Shown here: piece after piece, positions 22,659 through 31,530 of the stretch
Layout: each line of letters opens with the position of its first letter
Position numbering within the stretch: position 1 is the first letter of the stretch
Assembly (NCBI GenBank): GCA_964364455.1
Contig: CAYIMR010000002.1
Span: 35,911-82,219 of the forward strand
DNA: 46,309 nucleotides
Reading direction: 5' to 3'
DNA from: an uncultured Planctomycetales bacterium
Lineage (GTDB): Bacteria; Omnitrophota; Gorgyraeia; Zapsychrales; Zapsychraceae
Translations under genes and position numbers: made by a program
Notes under the pieces: generated by a model
Told to the model about the DNA's origin: nothing
The model's input: the letters and a program-made list of their open reading frames with translations, nothing else
Database searches by the model: none

Positions 22659-22841
22659 TCATTTATCGCACTCTTCCGGGGGTTTGCCTTCTTTAAGGCA
22701 GGCGCAGGCATCGGGATCGATGGAACAGCCCCGGCGCAGGACTTTGCGGCCGGTAGGCTCCCTGCGGGAGGAAAACAAGAGCCCAATGGCCATCAGGCTG
22801 AAGCACAAAGATAATACAATTAGCGTCGTGAAAAATTCCAT
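22659..22841 (-). CDS. small membrane protein with a C-terminal Cys cluster (layout resembles NqrM/DUF539); tentative
   Basis: 60 aa with one TM helix (LIVLSLCFSLMAIGLLF), followed by RRGCSIDPDACACLKEG..EEC. Confidence 0.4.
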   Translation of the reverse strand: MEFFTTLIVLSLCFSLMAIGLLFSSRREPTGRKVLRRGCSIDPDACACLKEGKPPEECDK

Positions 22842-22861
22842 AATTGCAGTATATATTATTT

Positions 22862-22928
22862 AGGGGCAAGTAGCAAGGGTCAGGGAACAAGGTTTTTCCT
22901 TGCTCCTTGTTTCTTGCCCCTTGCCCCT
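22862..22928. repeat. heptamer-word hairpin (GGCAAGN words) between divergent genes
   Basis: AGGGGCAAGTAGCAAGGGTCAGGGAACAAGG, loop ttttt, then CCTTGCTCCTTGTTTCTTGCCCCTTGCCCCT. Confidence 0.8.
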
Positions 22929-22986
22929 TTTTGACTCTAATTTACTTCTTGGCTGCGATAATCTTTATGTTACAATAACGCTCTGT

Positions 22987-24219
22987 ATGGCCAAAACAGT
23001 CCACAAGAAGCTCAATATCAGCCCCGCCCAGGAGCTCGCAATTCTGCGCAGGATCGTCGAGATCACCAATTCCTCGCTTGATCTGAAATCGACCCTTGAT
23101 GAATTCGTCAAGGCGCTCAACGACATGACCAGCGCGGATTCGATCTTCATTTACCTTTTCGACGAGAACCGCACCCAGCTGACCCTGATGGCCTCCAAGA
23201 CCCCGCATAAAAAGGAATTGGGAAAAGTTATCCTCAAGGCCGGAGAGGGTATCGCCGGCTGGGTCGCCCGTGAAAACAAGACGGTCGCCATCAAGCAAAG
23301 CGCGTACAAGGATCCGCGCTTCAAACATTTCGACGTTTTGCCCGAGGACAAATACGAAGCCCTGCTTTCGCTTCCCATCATTTACAAGGGGAAATCCATC
23401 GGGGTCGTCAACATCCAGCACCGCAAGCCCCACGAATATGCCAAGAGCACTGTCGGATTATTCTCCATCATCGCCCAGCAAATAGGCGGGGTTATCGAGC
23501 ACGCCCGTTTGTACGAGGAGACCAGGAAAAAAGCGCTGCAGTTCGACAGCCTGGTGAAGGTCAGCCAGTCGATCACCTCGGAAAGTTATCTCGACCAAAT
23601 ATTGAACCTGATCGTGGTCGTCACCGCCGAGATGATGGATTCCAAGATCTGTTCGATCATGATCCTCGACGAAAAAGGCAAGGAGCTTGTGATCAGGGCG
23701 ACCCAAAGCTTGAGCGAGGAATACAAGAAAAAGCCCAACGTCAAGGTGGACTCGAGCATCAGCGGCGAGGTCATCAAGTCGAAAAAGCCTTTGGCCGTGT
23801 ATAATGTTTGCGAGGAGAAAAAATACAGCTACCGCGACCTGGCCGCGAAAGAAGGGCTTACCTCGATGCTGTCGGTGCCGATGGTCGTCAAGGACAAGGC
23901 CATCGGGATCATCAATGTTTATACCAAAGATCCGCATGATTTTGTCCAGGAAGAGATTGATGTCCTGCAAATGGTGGCTAACCAGGCGGCGGTCGCCATC
24001 GAGAACACGAAGCTGATGGAAGAGGCCATCAAGGCCAAAGAAGCGCTGGAGGCCCGCAAGCTCATTGAGCGCGCCAAAGGCATTCTGATGCGCCTGAACA
24101 ATCTAAGCGAAGAGGCCGCCCACCGGTTGATCCACAAAAAGAGCATGGATTCCTGCCGCTCGATGAAAGAGATCGCCGAGTCCGTTATCCTGATGGACGA
24201 GCTGCGTAGCGGAAAATAG
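22987..24219 (+). CDS. GAF-GAF-ANTAR RNA-binding antitermination regulator
   Basis: Two GAF-like segments (GEGIAGWVARENK.., ISGEVIKSKKP..) and a C-terminal ANTAR domain (LEARKLIERAKGILM..LSEEAAHRLIHKKSMDSCRSMKEIAESVI). The track TTG start at 22900 lies in the hairpin array. Confidence 0.85.
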   Translation: MAKTVHKKLNISPAQELAILRRIVEITNSSLDLKSTLDEFVKALNDMTSADSIFIYLFDENRTQLTLMASKTPHKKELGKVILKAGEGIAGWVARENKTVAIKQSAYKDPRFKHFDVLPEDKYEALLSLPIIYKGKSIGVVNIQHRKPHEYAKSTVGLFSIIAQQIGGVIEHARLYEETRKKALQFDSLVKVSQSITSESYLDQILNLIVVVTAEMMDSKICSIMILDEKGKELVIRATQSLSEEYKKKPNVKVDSSISGEVIKSKKPLAVYNVCEEKKYSYRDLAAKEGLTSMLSVPMVVKDKAIGIINVYTKDPHDFVQEEIDVLQMVANQAAVAIENTKLMEEAIKAKEALEARKLIERAKGILMRLNNLSEEAAHRLIHKKSMDSCRSMKEIAESVILMDELRSGK

Positions 24220-24225
24220 CCCGCC

Positions 24226-26490
24226 ATGAAACGTAATCACGCACAACTTATTTGCGACATTGGCGAGCTGGTCGGTCTTTTTGTGGACACGACGAGCCTA
24301 GAGGCCTTTTTGCAAAAGATCGTAGAGATGGTCTCGGAACATATGGGATCCGAGGTCTGTTCCATATATCTATTTTACGACGAGACTGAAGAGTTAGTTT
24401 TGAAAGCGACGCGAGGTTTGAAGCCCGAGGCTATCGGCAAGGTGCGCCTGAAGCTGGGCGAGGGTTTGACCGGAATAGCTATGAAAGAAATGCGCCCGAT
24501 CTGCGAGCGCAACGCCAGCAAAGCGCCGGGCTACCGTTATTTCCCGGGAATCGGAGAAGAGGTGTATGAGTCTTTTCTGGCTGTCCCGATCACGCGCGGG
24601 CAGACCCGCATCGGGGTTTTGGTCATTCAGAACAAGCGCAAAGATTATTTTGACGCCGAGGACGTCCAGGCGGTGCGGGCGATCGCTTCCCAGCTGGCCA
24701 ACACCATCGAAATGGCCAAGGTCCTGATCGGCCTTGAGGAAAAGCGTGAACATAAAACGCCGGAATCTCTCCACGAGGATTTGCTCCGCATCCCCTGCCG
24801 GATCGGGTCCGCGGGGCTGGCCGTGGGCGGGGCCATTATCGGCGACGAGCGTTATTCGTTCCGGGAACTTAAGGAAGCGGTGAAGAACAAAGACTACAGT
24901 CTCGAGGATTTCCGGGCGGCGTTGCGCCACACCGAAAGCGAACTCGAGGCCATGCAGCGGCAGATCGAGGAAAAGCTCGCTGACGTGGCGTCGCTTATTT
25001 TCGCGGCCCAAATTTTGATGCTCAAGGACGAAGCGTTCGTCGGGGCGATGACCGACCTTATCCGCCAGGAGGTGTCCCCGCCGGAGGCCATCATGAGCGT
25101 CGTTGAACATTACGTCCAGATGTTCGGCAAACTCTCCAACGACTATTTGCGCGAAAAACGCCAGGACGTCCAGGACATCGGCAAGAGACTGTTGCTGCAT
25201 CTTGTCGGCGACCCCGGGGGACTGCAAGACCACAAGGGCGGCATCATCATCGTCCAGGAGCTTTATCCGTCGGAGCTTTTGAAATTATCTTCACAAGGGG
25301 TCCAGGGGATCATCCTTTTAAGCGGCGGCATCACTTCGCATCTGTCGATCCTGGCGCGCTCGCTGGAGATCCCGATGGTCATTACCGAAACGCCGCAGCT
25401 TTTGCGGCTTCCGGCCGACACGCAGATCTTTCTGGACGCCGAAGAGGGTTTCGTGCACGTCAATCCTTCGAAGGGTGTGCTGGATCTCTTTGAGAAGATC
25501 AAGGCCCAGAAGGAAAAGCCGGGGGCGCGCAAGTTTTCCGCGGCGGCTGTCAAGAAAACGGTGACGAAGACCAAAGACGGCACGCGTGTCCAGCTTTTGG
25601 CCAACCTCAACCTTTTGAGCGATTTGAAACACGCCAAAGCGGTGGCGGCGCAGGGGGTAGGCCTTTACCGCACGGAATTCCCTTTTATGGTCCGGTCGGA
25701 TTTTCCGACGGAAGAAGAGCAATATATCGTTTACAAAAAGGTCGTCGACGCGCTTGACGGCCAGGAGTTGACCTTCCGCACGCTCGATATCGGCGGCGAC
25801 AAGATCCTTTCCTATTATGATTACGGCAAAGAGCAGAACCCTTTTTTGGGCATGCGTTCGATCCGGTTTTCTCTAAAGCACAAGGACGTGTTCCTCCAGC
25901 AGGTGCGGGCGATTCTCAGGGCGGGCGTGGGCGCGGATCTGAAGATCATGTTCCCCATGATCTCTTCCCTGGATGAATTTTTGGACGCGAAAGCCATAGT
26001 GCTGGAATGTATCAAAGATCTGTCCCTGGAAGGTATCGCCTGCCACAAAAAACCCAAGATCGGCCTGATGATCGAACTGCCGGCCGTGCTGGAGATCATC
26101 GATGACCTGGCACAGGAGGCCGATTTTTTCAGTATCGGTACCAACGATTTCGTCCAGTACATGCTGGCGGTCGACCGCACCAACGAAAAGGTCGCGGAAT
26201 TCTATTTGCCCCACCACCCCTCCATTTTACGGTCTTTGAAGAAAGTGATCGTTGCCGCCGACGGTCATGGCAAAGAAGTTTCCATTTGCGGCGACATGGC
26301 GCACGATGAGCGGTATATTTTCTATCTTCTGGGGATAGGCCTGCGGCGCTTCAGTCTGGATTCTTCCTACATTCCCAGCATACGTACCGTTATTGGGGGC
26401 ATAGACCTGGGTGGGGCAACGCGGATGACAACCCGGTTGCTGCGGTGCAATAAGATCAAAGATATCGACCGGCTTTTAAAGAATGGATAA
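24226..26490 (+). CDS. ptsP: phosphoenolpyruvate-protein phosphotransferase with an N-terminal GAF domain (EI-Ntr)
   Basis: A GAF domain is followed by GGITSHLSILARSLEIPMV (phospho-His), GLYRTEFPFM, RTLDIGGDK, NPFLGMRSIR and FFSIGTNDFVQY. Confidence 0.92.
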   Translation: MKRNHAQLICDIGELVGLFVDTTSLEAFLQKIVEMVSEHMGSEVCSIYLFYDETEELVLKATRGLKPEAIGKVRLKLGEGLTGIAMKEMRPICERNASKAPGYRYFPGIGEEVYESFLAVPITRGQTRIGVLVIQNKRKDYFDAEDVQAVRAIASQLANTIEMAKVLIGLEEKREHKTPESLHEDLLRIPCRIGSAGLAVGGAIIGDERYSFRELKEAVKNKDYSLEDFRAALRHTESELEAMQRQIEEKLADVASLIFAAQILMLKDEAFVGAMTDLIRQEVSPPEAIMSVVEHYVQMFGKLSNDYLREKRQDVQDIGKRLLLHLVGDPGGLQDHKGGIIIVQELYPSELLKLSSQGVQGIILLSGGITSHLSILARSLEIPMVITETPQLLRLPADTQIFLDAEEGFVHVNPSKGVLDLFEKIKAQKEKPGARKFSAAAVKKTVTKTKDGTRVQLLANLNLLSDLKHAKAVAAQGVGLYRTEFPFMVRSDFPTEEEQYIVYKKVVDALDGQELTFRTLDIGGDKILSYYDYGKEQNPFLGMRSIRFSLKHKDVFLQQVRAILRAGVGADLKIMFPMISSLDEFLDAKAIVLECIKDLSLEGIACHKKPKIGLMIELPAVLEIIDDLAQEADFFSIGTNDFVQYMLAVDRTNEKVAEFYLPHHPSILRSLKKVIVAADGHGKEVSICGDMAHDERYIFYLLGIGLRRFSLDSSYIPSIRTVIGGIDLGGATRMTTRLLRCNKIKDIDRLLKNG

Positions 26491-26501
26491 CGAAAAAAGT
26501 C

Positions 26502-26530
26502 TTGACAAAAATCGGGCCTGATTTTATACT
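26502..26530 (+). promoter_or_regulatory. sigma70-type promoter of glnN
   Basis: TTGACA (26502-26507), exactly 17 nt, TATACT (26525-26530). Confidence 0.6.
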
Positions 26531-26598
26531 GACAAAAATCTAGCGTCGCTGTTCGTCACGCAGGTGCCTATATTTTTAAAAGAAACGCAAGGGCGATG

Positions 26599-26645
26599 AA
26601 GTCCTCTTAACGGCCGGAATACGGCCTGCAGAGGACTTTTTATTT
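26599..26645 (+). terminator. intrinsic terminator/attenuator in the glnN 5' leader
   Basis: AAGTCCTCT..(GGCCG-GAATA-CGGCC)..AGAGGACTT followed by TTTTATTT. It lies about 70 nt downstream of the -10 and about 130 nt upstream of the start codon. Confidence 0.6.
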
Positions 26646-26775
26646 GATACCATTTCCCTGCATTAAGAAAAATGGTATCAAATAACCCTAAGCAAGCGAC
26701 GAGCGTAAGCGAGGAGCGCGGCGAAGGGTAACTTATCAAAGAAACTATCACACAACAGAATAAAGGAGATTTGTG

Positions 26776-28932
26776 ATGGGCGCAAGATCACGTATTTCAG
26801 AGATGGCTATCAACGAAAAAGGAGAAACGACGATGGAGACAGTAACCAGTATTGCCGGTGGAGTCAATTCGATCCAGGATATTTACGGCAGCAACGTTTT
26901 TAACTTAAAGACGATGCGTAACTATTTGTCCGAGAAGGCTTATACTTCCTTAAGCAAAACGATCAAAGACGCCGGAAAGCTCGACCCTTCGATCGCCGAT
27001 GAAGTGGCCGATGCCATGAAGAATTGGGCGCTTTCCAAAGGCGCTACGCATTACACGCACTGGTTCCAGCCTTTGACCGGATTGACGGCGGAGAAGCATG
27101 ATTCTTTTATTTCCCCGGACGGTGAGGGCGGCGTCGTTCTGGAATTCTCCGGAAGTGAACTCATCCAGGGCGAACCGGATGCCTCAAGCTTTCCTTCCGG
27201 CGGATTGAGACCGACCTTTGAAGCGCGCGGCTATACCGGCTGGGATCCTACAAGCCCGGCCTTTATTAAAGAAGGGCCCAAGGCAGCGACGCTGTGCATC
27301 CCGACGTATTTCGTCGGCTGGAAGGGCGAGGCGCTGGACAAGAAAACGCCTTTACTGCGTTCGATGAAAGCGTTGAACAAACAAGTCGAGCGTTTGGCCA
27401 AAATTCTTGGCATTAAAGCTACCCAAAAACCTTACGCGACCTTAGGCGGCGAGCAGGAATATTTTCTCATCGACCGCAACTATTACAACCAGAGAATTGA
27501 CCTGGTCCAGACCGGACGCACCTTGTACGGCAAAGAACCGGCCAAACACCAGCAGATGGCCGACCATTATTTCGGCGCCATCAAGGACCGCGTGATCGCG
27601 TTCATGGAAGATTTCGACCGCGAGATGTGGAAGTTAGGTGCTCCGAGCAAAACACGTCATAATGAAGTCGCTCCGGCGCAGTACGAGATCGCTCCGATCT
27701 TCGAAAATCAGAACCTCGCCGTCGATCACAATATGCTGTGCATGGAAGTGATGCAGCGGGTTGCCAAACGCCATGGGCTGGCGTGTTTGCTGCACGAGAA
27801 ACCTTTTTCCGGCATCAACGGTTCAGGAAAACATAACAATTGGTCGGTGACCGGTCCTGATGGGAAGAACTGGTTCTCTCCGGGAAGCAGTCCTCACGAG
27901 AACGAGCGGTTTTTGATCATGCTCGTCGCTGTTTTGCGGGCCGTTGATGAAAACGCCGCTTTGTTGCGCGCCGGTGTCGCCTCGGCCGCCAACGATCATC
28001 GCCTGGGATCTCATGAAGCTCCTCCGGCGATCATCTCGGTCTATCTGGGTGAGCAATTGACGGACATCATCGAGCAGATCGAAAAGGGCGGGGCCAAGTC
28101 GTCCAAAGTGGGCGGCACGCTGGAAGTCGGCGTCGATTCTTTGCCGATCCTGCCGCGTCACGCGTCGGATCGTAACAGAACTTCACCTTTCGCCTTTACA
28201 GGTTCGAAATTCGAGTTTCGCGCGGTGGGGTCTTCGATGAGCCTGGCCGGCCCGAACGTCATCCTCAACACGATCGTGGCGGATGCCATCGATCAGATTT
28301 GCGCCGAACTCGAATCCGCGGGCGGAGAGAACATCAACAAAGCTGTTCAGAAGCTTTTGCAGAATTATATCAAGAAGTACAAGAGGGTCATCTTCAACGG
28401 TGACAACTACACCGAGGTATGGGCCAAAGAAGCCAAGAAAAGAGGCCTTCCTAATTTGAAAACCACGCCGGAAGCCCTGGCTGTTACCAAAGACGCTAAA
28501 GTCATCGCGATGTTCGAGCGACATGGCGTATTGACCAAGACCGAGCTGGTTTCCCGTTACGATGTTTATATGGAAACCTACAACACGATCCTCAAATATG
28601 AGTCGGATCTGGCGGCCCAGATGGCCAAGAACATGATCATGCCGGCTGTTTTAAGCTATCAGGGGGGGTTGGCGGAGACCATTAAAGCCGTCGAGACCAG
28701 CAATAAGGGCAAGGTTACCGAGACCCGCAAGATCCTCAAGGAAGTCACAGACTTGACCGAGACTGCATGGGAACAAATCGTCAAGCTTGAAAAGGCCAGC
28801 CCCGGCGGTGTCGCGGAGAAGATCAAATCCGCCATGGAAGAACTGAGGGAGACCATAGACACGCTCGAAGGTTATGTTCCGGCAGAAACCTGGCCGTTGC
28901 CTTCATACGCGGAAATGTTGTTCCTTTCATAA
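26776..28932 (+). CDS. glnN: glutamine synthetase type III
   Basis: About 718 aa. [32 protein letters not shown] and [28 protein letters not shown] (26764-26768) lies 7 nt before ATG 26776. The track starts at GTG 26773. Confidence 0.93.
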   Translation: MGARSRISEMAINEKGETTMETVTSIAGGVNSIQDIYGSNVFNLKTMRNYLSEKAYTSLSKTIKDAGKLDPSIADEVADAMKNWALSKGATHYTHWFQPLTGLTAEKHDSFISPDGEGGVVLEFSGSELIQGEPDASSFPSGGLRPTFEARGYTGWDPTSPAFIKEGPKAATLCIPTYFVGWKGEALDKKTPLLRSMKALNKQVERLAKILGIKATQKPYATLGGEQEYFLIDRNYYNQRIDLVQTGRTLYGKEPAKHQQMADHYFGAIKDRVIAFMEDFDREMWKLGAPSKTRHNEVAPAQYEIAPIFENQNLAVDHNMLCMEVMQRVAKRHGLACLLHEKPFSGINGSGKHNNWSVTGPDGKNWFSPGSSPHENERFLIMLVAVLRAVDENAALLRAGVASAANDHRLGSHEAPPAIISVYLGEQLTDIIEQIEKGGAKSSKVGGTLEVGVDSLPILPRHASDRNRTSPFAFTGSKFEFRAVGSSMSLAGPNVILNTIVADAIDQICAELESAGGENINKAVQKLLQNYIKKYKRVIFNGDNYTEVWAKEAKKRGLPNLKTTPEALAVTKDAKVIAMFERHGVLTKTELVSRYDVYMETYNTILKYESDLAAQMAKNMIMPAVLSYQGGLAETIKAVETSNKGKVTETRKILKEVTDLTETAWEQIVKLEKASPGGVAEKIKSAMEELRETIDTLEGYVPAETWPLPSYAEMLFLS

Positions 28933-28961
28933 AGGTTAAATAGTGGAGTCGAACGGATCAG

Positions 28962-29008
28962 CCCTTTGGTTCCTTGGTCGACAGACAAAAGTGAGCCAAA
29001 GGGTTTTT
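28962..29008 (+). terminator. possible terminator after glnN
   Basis: CCCTTTGG (28962-28969) pairs with CCAAAGGG (28996-29003) and is followed by TTTTT. The long loop makes it weak. Confidence 0.35.
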
Positions 29009-29024
29009 CCATCTACCTAATTCT

Positions 29025-29768
29025 ATGATCCTTATCTTTAAACACATCGAGATCGAAGGTCCGGAAACGATCGGCCAGTTTTTTGTTGATGAGGGTTTTG
29101 AGATCAAGATCCTTGGCCTGCATAAAGGGGATCGCCTTCCTGGAACATTTGATCATTTGGATGCCGTGATCAGCCTAGGCGGCCCGATGAATGTGTATGA
29201 GGAAGGCAAGTACCCGTTTTTAAAGGAAGAAAATGTCTTTTTGCAGGGGATTCTGGAGCAGGGGATTCCGTTTATGGGGATCTGTCTGGGAGGCCAGTTG
29301 CTCGCCAAAGCTTCCGGCTCAAAAGTGGGACGCTCACCGGAAAAAGAGATCGGATTTGCGCCGGTCCAGTTGACGGCCGCTGGTAAGAAAGATCCGTTAT
29401 TTCAAGGTGTTGCGGGACCATTGGACGTATTCCAATGGCATGAAGATATGTTTGAAGTTCCCGCCGCTGGCACGCTGCTGGCTTCATCGTCGGTGTGTCC
29501 TAACCAAGCGTTTCGCGTGGGCAAATGCGCTTACGGCGTGCAATTCCATATCGAGATCACCGATAAAAGCATCCGGGAATGGTCTGATGAATATTTTGAA
29601 GCAGGGGACCGGACATTTGCCGAAAAGAAGAAGGCGATGCTCGAGGATTATCAGAAGAAAAAAGACCAATTCCACGGCGTTGCTGATAAAATATACATGA
29701 ACTTTCTGGATATAATCTTGCAGTCACAAAGTCACCAGGTCACCAAGTCACCGGAAAAAATCGGGTGA
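29025..29768 (+). CDS. class I glutamine amidotransferase (GuaA-like GATase1 domain protein)
   Basis: PFMGICLGGQLL (nucleophile Cys) and GVQFHIE (His/Glu). The last ~15 codons read into the GTCAC array. Confidence 0.85.
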   Translation: MILIFKHIEIEGPETIGQFFVDEGFEIKILGLHKGDRLPGTFDHLDAVISLGGPMNVYEEGKYPFLKEENVFLQGILEQGIPFMGICLGGQLLAKASGSKVGRSPEKEIGFAPVQLTAAGKKDPLFQGVAGPLDVFQWHEDMFEVPAAGTLLASSSVCPNQAFRVGKCAYGVQFHIEITDKSIREWSDEYFEAGDRTFAEKKKAMLEDYQKKKDQFHGVADKIYMNFLDIILQSQSHQVTKSPEKIG

Positions 29769-29792
29769 CGGGTGACTTTGTGTCTTTGTGAC
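29723..29792. repeat. heptamer-word hairpin (GTCAC words) between the GATase gene and nadE
   Basis: GTCACAAAGTCACCAGGTCACCAAGTCACC pairs with GGGTGACGGGTGACTTTGTGTCTTTGTGAC. The GATase stop codon lies in the right arm. Confidence 0.8.
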
Positions 29793-29800
29793 CAACTGCT

Positions 29801-31474
29801 ATGTTGCGAGTCGCTCTAGCACAAATTAATCCTACCGTCGGCGATCTTCCCGGCAACCGCCAGAAGATCATCGAGTATATCGCGCGCGCCCGGGCCAAGG
29901 ACGCTGATATCGTGGTTTTCCCTGAATTGGCCGTCTGCGGCTACCCGCCGGAAGATCTGCTCCTCAAAGAACATTTCGTGCGCGATAACATCAAATCCTT
30001 GAATTTGTTGGCCCGCGAGGTCAAAGGTATCGCCGCCGTCATTGGATTTGTTGATATCGATAACAAAAAACGTTTGTACAACGCCGCCGCGGTCATTTCC
30101 GACGGCCGGTTAAAAGGCGTCTACCGCAAGAAAGAACTGCCCAATTATGGCGTATTCGATGAGAAACGTTATTTTACCGCCGGTAACGACGACGTTATTT
30201 TTTCTTTGGGCGGGCATGTCTTCGGCGTGACGATCTGCGAGGATATCTGGATCGAGGGGAGTGTTTATCAAAAACAGGTCAAAAGCGGCGCGGACCTTCT
30301 TATCAATATTTCCAGCTCACCGTACGACGTGGGGAAATTGAAGAAGCGGCGGGAGTTGCTGCGCAAAAGAGCGCGTCAGGCCAAAACTTTCATTTGTTAC
30401 ACAAATCTCGTTGGTGGTCAAGATGAGTTGGTTTTCGACGGCGGCAGCATGGTCATTGACCCGCGCGGCAAGACGCTTGCCTTCGGCAAATCGTTCGAAG
30501 AAGACTTGGTGATCGCGGATGTTCCCGTAAAGCAAAAGAAGAAAACGTCCAAAGCGGTTGTATTAAATAAAGATGTTTTTCATAAAGTACAGGCGCCGCT
30601 TGCGGCCCAGGTCGCGCCGGAGGGGACCGACCTTGAGCGGATCTATAAGGCGCTGGTCCTGGGCACGCGGGATTACGCGCGTAAAAACAAGTTCCGCGGT
30701 TGCTTGATCGGTTTAAGCGGCGGGATCGATTCGTCGCTCGTTGCCGCGATCGCCGTCGCTGCCCTCGGTAAAGAGAACGTGATCGGGGTTTCGATGTCTT
30801 CGCGCTTTACTTCCGCCGGAACGCGCGACGACGCCCGCGCGCTGGCCGGAAATCTGGGGATCAAATTCCACGAGATCCCCATTGAACGGATGTTCGTGAC
30901 GTACCTGGAACAGTTCAAGGAAATTTTTGGAGAACAGCCCTTCGGTCGGGCCGAGGAGAACCTGCAGGCCCGGATCCGGGGCACGCTTTTGATGACCCTC
31001 TCGAACCGCTGGGGCAGTCTGGTTTTGACCACGGGGAATAAAAGCGAGGTGGGTGTCGGTTATTGCACGTTATATGGAGATATGAGCGGTGGGTTTGCGG
31101 TCATTAAAGACGTTCCAAAGACGACCGTGTATCAATTGGCCCGGTTGGTCAATCAAGAGGCCGGGAAAGACCTCATCGCGCGAAGCGTTTTGGAGCGCGC
31201 GCCGACCGCGGAATTGAGGGAAAACCAGAAAGACCAGGATTCTTTGCCGCCGTACGATATTTTGGATGCAATGCTGCGTGAATACGTGGAAGAGCACCGG
31301 TCGTTGGCCTATATGGCGCGTAAAAATGACAAGGAACTGGTCAAAAAAGTCATTGCGATGGTCGACAGCAACGAATACAAGCGCCGCCAGGGGCCGCCGG
31401 GCATCAAAATCACGCCCCGCGCCTTCGGCAAAGACTGGCGTTTACCGATCACGAACAAGTACCGGGAGAGTTGA
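29801..31474 (+). CDS. nadE: glutamine-dependent NAD+ synthetase
   Basis: The N-terminal nitrilase domain has FPELAVCGYPPEDL. The C-terminal synthetase domain has GLSGGIDSS and TGNKSEVGVGYCTLYGDMSGG. Confidence 0.95.
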   Translation: MLRVALAQINPTVGDLPGNRQKIIEYIARARAKDADIVVFPELAVCGYPPEDLLLKEHFVRDNIKSLNLLAREVKGIAAVIGFVDIDNKKRLYNAAAVISDGRLKGVYRKKELPNYGVFDEKRYFTAGNDDVIFSLGGHVFGVTICEDIWIEGSVYQKQVKSGADLLINISSSPYDVGKLKKRRELLRKRARQAKTFICYTNLVGGQDELVFDGGSMVIDPRGKTLAFGKSFEEDLVIADVPVKQKKKTSKAVVLNKDVFHKVQAPLAAQVAPEGTDLERIYKALVLGTRDYARKNKFRGCLIGLSGGIDSSLVAAIAVAALGKENVIGVSMSSRFTSAGTRDDARALAGNLGIKFHEIPIERMFVTYLEQFKEIFGEQPFGRAEENLQARIRGTLLMTLSNRWGSLVLTTGNKSEVGVGYCTLYGDMSGGFAVIKDVPKTTVYQLARLVNQEAGKDLIARSVLERAPTAELRENQKDQDSLPPYDILDAMLREYVEEHRSLAYMARKNDKELVKKVIAMVDSNEYKRRQGPPGIKITPRAFGKDWRLPITNKYRES

Positions 31475-31530
31475 TATTACATATTGAAAGTTGTACTTGC
31501 AATATGTAAATTATATGTTATGCTGTTTTT

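Noticed and set aside
26537-26775. A glutamine riboswitch (glnA RNA) or the canonical ANTAR dual-hexaloop target in the glnN leader.
   Set aside because: By eye there is no CGUUCACC...GGAAG...GGAACG-type pattern. There is also no pair of short stems with A-x-x-G-x-x hexaloops. Only a terminator and a 10-bp hairpin are evident, so a covariance-model scan is needed.
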